Origin: a virus
Taxonomy: Duplodnaviria; Caudoviricetes
DNA length: 59,687 nucleotides
Strand: one strand, 5' to 3'
Virus record (IMG/VR): IMGVR_UViG_3300037584_004428
Location: 1 to 59,687 of that record
Part shown: positions 55,872 through 59,687 of the stretch, in pieces
Numbering within the stretch: the first letter of the stretch is position 1
How the letters are laid out: every line of letters begins with the position of its first letter
Position numbers and translations under genes: made by a program
The notes under the pieces: model-generated
What the model was told of the DNA's origin: nothing
Database searches by the model: none
What the model saw: the letters and a program-made list of their open reading frames with translations, nothing else

Positions 55872-56525
55872 TTATTTAACAGATTTTGTATTTCCTTTAA
55901 CTTTTTCTTGTTCATTTTTAATTTTGTTGAGTTCTTGTTTTAATTTTTTTAATGTAGCTACATCAGGGTTATGTCTTTTTTTAACTTGTGCCATAACTGA
56001 TTCAATACTATGCTCCATGTTTTGCTTATATACTTTTAAAGTATTTGAAAACTTTTCTGAGCCATACATATATGCATCACCAATCTTTTCAACCTTGACA
56101 GGTTTAACTGCAATTACTTTATCGCTAACATCAACCAGATCTTCCCCCGCCCATAATGACAATCCTAATCCATGCATTGCGATTGCTTTTACTGTACTTC
56201 TTTGTATGGTTTTATTGACATGAAACGAACTAACTCTATCAATTGTAAGTGAGTTGTTTCTATTATCCATGACAGGAAGATAATCGATATGCTCTACGTC
56301 ATTGATCGTAACACCTACTTTAACGTAAGCAGTTTTTCCGTCAGTAAAATAATTTAAACCTGTGTGTTCACTTTCGTAAACCTTTCTTGTGCTATCAGGA
56401 TATTTATCTTTAACTATTGCCCAAGCATATGCCCAAGACAAATAACTAAATCCCCCTTTGCTTTTTAACTTATCGTCTATACTTATAGCCGTAAGTTCTT
56501 TAAACGTTGATTTCATTTTTCCCAT
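55872..56525 (-). CDS. sak: Sak (DUF1071) single-strand annealing protein
   Basis: YLSWAYAW, YLPVMDNRN, NKTIQRSTVKAIAMHGLGLSLWAGED. Confidence 0.85.
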   Translation of the reverse strand: MGKMKSTFKELTAISIDDKLKSKGGFSYLSWAYAWAIVKDKYPDSTRKVYESEHTGLNYFTDGKTAYVKVGVTINDVEHIDYLPVMDNRNNSLTIDRVSSFHVNKTIQRSTVKAIAMHGLGLSLWAGEDLVDVSDKVIAVKPVKVEKIGDAYMYGSEKFSNTLKVYKQNMEHSIESVMAQVKKRHNPDVATLKKLKQELNKIKNEQEKVKGNTKSVK

Positions 56526-56925
56526 TATTAATTAATTTTTCTTTATAATTTTTAGCATGAAGAAACTTCTGCAATACTTTACTTCTCATTTCTTTTAATG
56601 CATTGAAATGTCTTGCGTTATTTCTTATGTTAATTTCTAGTTGAATTTTGTTTGTTATTCTTTGTAAACTATTTTGAAGGTTGTCAGTCATGACATTGTA
56701 AACTCCATACTCAAAGCCGTAGGTTTCAAACATTTCATATTGATCTTCAGTTATTTCCTGATAGAAATCTCCTTTCATCTTAGTATTAAATATTCTGTAC
56801 AACCCATCACACTTCATAATCTTTATACCTTTATATATATATGAGTCGCATTCTCTATCCATTACAGATGCAATGCCGTGTTGTCTACTTGCCTGTTCCC
56901 AAACCTCTTTCCTAGTCATTTGCAA
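56500..56925 (-). CDS. Hypothetical protein
   Basis: 141-aa ORF in operon context. Confidence 0.65.
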   Translation of the reverse strand: MQMTRKEVWEQASRQHGIASVMDRECDSYIYKGIKIMKCDGLYRIFNTKMKGDFYQEITEDQYEMFETYGFEYGVYNVMTDNLQNSLQRITNKIQLEINIRNNARHFNALKEMRSKVLQKFLHAKNYKEKLINNGKNEINV

Positions 56926-57205
56926 TGTTGTTTATTAATTCTTTCCAATCAGGATCCGTATTAATTAACTCCTCCATTTTTGCTTTACCTCTAGTGATCT
57001 GGCTATCATCTAAGTCTAGTCCGTATTCTCTACACCTATCCAAGATGAAATTGCCTCGCATATTTCTTTGCGAACACAGGTAAAATAATAAATCTCTGGC
57101 TTCAACATTCTCCCTCTTTCTTGTCTTAGTGAAAATGTCATCTTTAGAAATTTCAAGTGCGTCTTCCACTACTTCAACGTACTTGTCAAATATTTTTCTT
57201 TTCAT
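56912..57205 (-). CDS. DnaA domain IV-like HTH protein
   Basis: DIFTKTRKRENVEARDLLFYLC...DDSQITRG pattern. Confidence 0.65.
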   Translation of the reverse strand: MKRKIFDKYVEVVEDALEISKDDIFTKTRKRENVEARDLLFYLCSQRNMRGNFILDRCREYGLDLDDSQITRGKAKMEELINTDPDWKELINNIAND

Positions 57206-57262
57206 TTAATTAAATTTAATTCAAGCAAAATACAATTATTTTGCAACAAGACAAAATTTATA

Positions 57263-57406
57263 TTACATTAAATCTGCCTCAAAACATGCGTCAGAACAAT
57301 AACCTTTTCGTTCTATTGGTTTTTCACAATGCATACAGGTATGGTCTGGCTCATTCCAACCTCTTTGGTCATGTTCTTGCCAGACTAACCAATTATCGTA
57401 GTCCAT
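57263..57406 (-). CDS. Small zinc-finger protein (CxxC...CSxxC)
   Basis: Probable start MDYDNW; CMHCEKP...YCSDACFEAD. Confidence 0.65.
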   Translation of the reverse strand: MDYDNWLVWQEHDQRGWNEPDHTCMHCEKPIERKGYCSDACFEADLM

Positions 57407-57612
57407 AGTTGATATATAAAATAAATTAATACAATACTTATACTGCCTAGAAGACTTATTGCACAACCTGTCGTATCTTTCCCCCTTTCAATCTTTCTTT
57501 CTGTTTTTATTCGTATAGTTTTAAGATCACGAATAATTTGTTGCATCTTTTTTCTATCCCTAGTATCAATTAAGTCTAATGATTGTTGAAGAGTTTGAAT
57601 TATTTTTTTCAT
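57385..57612 (-). CDS. Hypothetical protein with C-terminal TM segment
   Basis: 75-aa ORF with a hydrophobic tail. Confidence 0.6.
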   Translation of the reverse strand: MKKIIQTLQQSLDLIDTRDRKKMQQIIRDLKTIRIKTERKIERGKDTTGCAISLLGSISIVLIYFIYQLWTTIIG

Positions 57613-57821
57613 AGCTCATCATCATTATCAAAGTTCTCCTCATATTCCTCATCTCCATCTGCATAACCGCATGCCTCTGCATCAACATTTCGGTTTACCT
57701 GAGCGACATATTGTCCATAAGTCCTGAACCAATCTAATTCGCTAGATAGTTTTTCGTTTTCCTCTTGCAATGCTTTAATCATTTGCATGTATTGTTGTAT
57801 TAAGTCTTCAGTTCCTGTCAT
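57609..57821 (-). CDS. Hypothetical acidic protein
   Basis: 70-aa ORF with A-rich leader. Confidence 0.65.
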   Translation of the reverse strand: MTGTEDLIQQYMQMIKALQEENEKLSSELDWFRTYGQYVAQVNRNVDAEACGYADGDEEYEENFDNDDEL

Positions 57822-57859
57822 AATTTTAAATTTATTTTTTTATTAATGTTACGTTAGTT

Positions 57860-57975
57860 TTAAGATACTCCCCCTCTACTATTATGATGAAAATTAACTA
57901 TTTATTATGAAAAGAGGGGGAAATATCAACTAACAATTAAACTAAACATATCATGAAAATCACAATAATTCTTTT
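57860..57975 (-). ncRNA. Candidate antisense sRNA or structured leader with three anti-AUG (UUUUCAU) motifs
   Basis: Downstream of a promoter; 9-bp GC clamp 57869-57877 with 57913-57921; + strand ATGAAAA at 57887, 57907 and 57953. Ends are approximate. Confidence 0.5.
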
Positions 57976-57981
57976 GAGTTA

Positions 57982-58012
57982 TAAATGTAATGTATTTGTA
58001 ACTTGTTTGCAA
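57982..58012 (-). promoter_or_regulatory. Bacteroidota-type promoter TTG-N20-TACATTTA
   Basis: Minus strand reads cTTGcaaacaagttacaaatacatTACATTTAt. Confidence 0.6.
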
Positions 58013-58019
58013 GTTTTTT

Positions 58020-58184
58020 TTAATAAATTTTATTTGTATGTATAATTTCTTCTATATGCCTGATTAATCTATCCAGACCATCAACAACACCTTTGTGCTG
58101 TGCAAAAGTATGGCTATCATTTACCCATTCTTTGTCTTCCTTAATATCTTTTGCGATATTTTTAATTTGTTCTAGTGTTATCAT
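58020..58184 (-). CDS. Hypothetical protein (54 aa, MITLEQIKNIAKDI...), not in ORF track
   Basis: Manually translated; leader aaataactATG is shared with the 58390 gene. Confidence 0.65.
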   Translation of the reverse strand: MITLEQIKNIAKDIKEDKEWVNDSHTFAQHKGVVDGLDRLIRHIEEIIHTNKIY

Positions 58185-58186
58185 AG

Positions 58187-58390
58187 TTATTTATTTAAAT
58201 TAAAGTTATGACAGAACACTTCTGCCTTTTTTTCTGTTTCAAAATATTTCCAATCAGTACCTGACTCTATAAAATTTTCGTCATGGTCATAAACATCAAG
58301 ACACACACCATAAGGTCTGTCGCCATAATGTTCATCTCCAACCATGTCAAAATCAGGCACTCGGATTGCTTTTAATTTATATTTACTCAT
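58187..58390 (-). CDS. Hypothetical early protein
   Basis: 67-aa ORF. Confidence 0.65.
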   Translation of the reverse strand: MSKYKLKAIRVPDFDMVGDEHYGDRPYGVCLDVYDHDENFIESGTDWKYFETEKKAEVFCHNFNLNK

Positions 58391-58403
58391 AGTTATTTAA
58401 TTA

Positions 58404-58580
58404 TTAGTAATTATTTTTAATAAAGTTTATTATTTCTTTCAATGTTAAATTTTCGTATCCGTTGGCTTTAATATCCTCCATAACTTGCTGAGGATTTATA
58501 AAATATTCTGAACAGATTGAGTTTAATAATAATCTGTTTTGCCTTTTTTGATCTACTCCTAAAAATCTTCTAGTTCCCAT
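58404..58580 (-). CDS. Hypothetical early protein (probable start MGTRRF)
   Basis: Shortened from track ORF 58404-58649 to reduce the overlap. Confidence 0.55.
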   Translation of the reverse strand: MGTRRFLGVDQKRQNRLLLNSICSEYFINPQQVMEDIKANGYENLTLKEIINFIKNNY

Positions 58581-58785
58581 ATATAATTCTTTTAATGTCT
58601 TCTGATTTATAATTTCTTTGTTTAGGGTAATTGATATATCTGGTTTCAATGTCCCTAGCTTTTAATATTTCCTCATTCCATAACCTTTGATCTATTTTAT
58701 AATAAGTATAAAACACACCAGAAAAGAAACAGAATCCGCCCAACAAGGCACAGCATATTAAACGCTCTAATGTTTTAGTTTTCAT
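58570..58785 (-). CDS. Hypothetical early membrane protein
   Basis: N-terminal TM segment. Confidence 0.6.
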   Translation of the reverse strand: MKTKTLERLICCALLGGFCFFSGVFYTYYKIDQRLWNEEILKARDIETRYINYPKQRNYKSEDIKRIIYGN

Positions 58786-59030
58786 AGTTCTTCTTTATTG
58801 TCAATTTTATAAATTCCTTTATTATATATGAATAAAGCTTCTTTAATTGAATTTACAGGTGTTGTGTTTAGAATCTCACCTCCTACCTCAAATGTTATTT
58901 CATTTTTTGCGGTTAATACATATTTACCGAAATCATAATCCCAAACACCTTTATTGAATTGAATTTTACAATGCCCCTGTAATTCTAACTCCCCTTTGGT
59001 TTTTACTTTTTTTAATATGATTTTTTCCAT
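58782..59030 (-). CDS. Hypothetical early protein
   Basis: 82 aa; preceded by the 24-bp leader. Confidence 0.7.
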   Translation of the reverse strand: MEKIILKKVKTKGELELQGHCKIQFNKGVWDYDFGKYVLTAKNEITFEVGGEILNTTPVNSIKEALFIYNKGIYKIDNKEEL

Positions 59031-59051
59031 AATATTAATTTTAATTGTTAG
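59028..59051 (-). repeat. 24-bp leader CTAACAATTAAAATTAATATTATG (other copies 59251-59274 and 59502-59525)
   Basis: Three exact copies, each ending in a start codon. Confidence 0.95.
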
Positions 59052-59053
59052 TT

Positions 59054-59092
59054 AGTGTGGGCGGAATCGAACCGCCCTACAACCATTACACC
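59054..59092 (-). ncRNA. tRNA-elbow-like element A
   Basis: GGUGU-AAUGGUUGUA-GGGCGG-UUCGAUU-CCGCCC-ACACU. Confidence 0.7.
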
Positions 59093-59094
59093 TT

Positions 59095-59253
59095 TTAATA
59101 TCCGCTATAAAATCCGCCCTCAAAATCAAAATAGGTTGGGAGTTCTTTTTTCTCTAGCTTTGCAATCTTCTTTTTAAGTTTGGCTATTTTCTTTTTTCTA
59201 TTTTTTTCAATTCGATCTAAATACGCTAAATATCTTTTAAATTTATCATTCAT
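59095..59253 (-). CDS. Basic early protein (52 aa, MNDKFKRYLAYLDRIEK...), not in ORF track
   Basis: Starts at the second copy of the 24-bp leader. Confidence 0.7.
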   Translation of the reverse strand: MNDKFKRYLAYLDRIEKNRKKKIAKLKKKIAKLEKKELPTYFDFEGGFYSGY

Positions 59254-59270
59254 AATATTAATTTTAATTG

Positions 59271-59504
59271 TTAGTAATCTCCTTTTTTAATTTGTTCCGC
59301 TTTATATTGTGCCTCAAACAAAAGATCAACCAATTCGTCGAGGGCTTCAGTTTTAGAAGTATAATGACAGCCTTTGTCGCTATATTCCCAACCCTCCCAC
59401 TTATCGATTTGGTTATCTGTTTGTTCCTCTCTATCGTAAATCTCATCTTTGATTTTTTCAATGTGATTTTCCAATTGAGTTATAATTTTGGTTAATTGTG
59501 CCAT
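59271..59504 (-). CDS. Hypothetical early protein (probable start MAQLTK at 59504)
   Basis: The third copy of the 24-bp leader ends at this ATG. Confidence 0.75.
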   Translation of the reverse strand: MAQLTKIITQLENHIEKIKDEIYDREEQTDNQIDKWEGWEYSDKGCHYTSKTEALDELVDLLFEAQYKAEQIKKGDY

Positions 59505-59527
59505 AATATTAATTTTAATTGTTAGAT

Positions 59528-59567
59528 GATAAAGGGGGAATCGAACCCCCTCGAGAACCATTTTATC
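59528..59567 (-). ncRNA. tRNA-elbow-like element B
   Basis: GAUAAA-AUGGUUCUCGA-GGGGG-UUCGAUU-CCCCC-UUUAUC. Confidence 0.7.
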
Positions 59568-59569
59568 TT

Positions 59570-59683
59570 TTAAAATACCCTTATTAAGTGGCTAACTAGC
59601 ACAAGCAAACCGCACACAAAGAGCGAGGCTAAACCCATTAATAAGCCGTTAATAATTCCGTTTAGTAAAGTTTTATTTTTCAT
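59570..59683 (-). CDS. Small membrane protein (37 aa), not in ORF track
   Basis: MKNKTLLNGIINGLLMGLASLFVCGLLVLVSHLIRVF. Confidence 0.6.
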   Translation of the reverse strand: MKNKTLLNGIINGLLMGLASLFVCGLLVLVSHLIRVF

Positions 59684-59687
59684 AATT

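Noticed and set aside
55790-55915. Possible 41-aa minus-strand ORF between sak and the exonuclease
   Set aside because: Overlaps both neighbours and has no recognisable motif; too weak to list.
57884-58050. Plus-strand micro-ORFs beginning ATGAAAA
   Set aside because: Only about 8-30 codons, opposite to all neighbouring genes, with no + strand promoter seen; interpreted as antisense seeds.
59028-59525. CRISPR array from the 24-bp repeats
   Set aside because: Intervals are about 200-230 bp and contain whole genes; repeats end in ATG; no cas genes.
59505-59561. N-terminal extension MVLEGVRFPL... of track ORF 59271-59561
   Set aside because: It runs through the tRNA-like element; the conserved leader places the start at 59504.
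59054-59567. tRNA genes suggested by GGTTCGATTCC
   Set aside because: Only ~40 nt each, with no anticodon arm or CCA; reported as tRNA-like elements instead.
1-59687. Stop-codon reassignment as in some crAss-like phages
   Set aside because: Long genes are intact in the standard code; TAG (groES) and TGA (11717-12022) both act as stops.
1-59687. Prophage or host chromosome origin suggested by groEL/groES
   Set aside because: No integrase, att site or other host housekeeping genes; the chaperonins are divergent and in phage context.

Overview
Near-complete genome segment of a lytic tailed dsDNA phage with crAss-like virion genes and podovirus-type architecture. The host is almost certainly Bacteroidota, probably Flavobacteriia, because of TAnnTTTG -7 promoter boxes and A-rich leaders without Shine-Dalgarno sequences. 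The + strand (1-48.4 kb) carries GroEL (5'-truncated) and GroES, clusters of small basic proteins, an RcGTA-type head-spike base with a 47-aa adaptor and three paralogous fibres, a membrane/outer-membrane protein and lysis block, a second array of three fibres, a tandem GroES-like protein, terminase, portal, a PAP2 phosphatase, scaffold, major capsid, tail ring/nozzle genes and three probable ejection proteins. The - strand (48.4-59.7 kb) carries a metallophosphoesterase, VRR-NUC nuclease, SNF2-like helicase, primase-helicase, SSB/exonuclease/Sak recombination genes and small early genes. The most unusual signals are hidden or non-coding: (i) a promoter-driven candidate RNA at ~57.86-57.98 kb with three anti-start-codon (UUUUCAU) motifs and 14 nt of complementarity to a leader shared by the early genes; (ii) two covarying ~40-nt tRNA-elbow mimics, each in front of an identical 24-bp leader; (iii) a 53-aa basic ORF nested in the +1 frame of the 2284-aa virion gene; (iv) two fibre arrays with shared docking ends and exact DNA repeats. 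All protein family calls come from motif recognition, not database searches.
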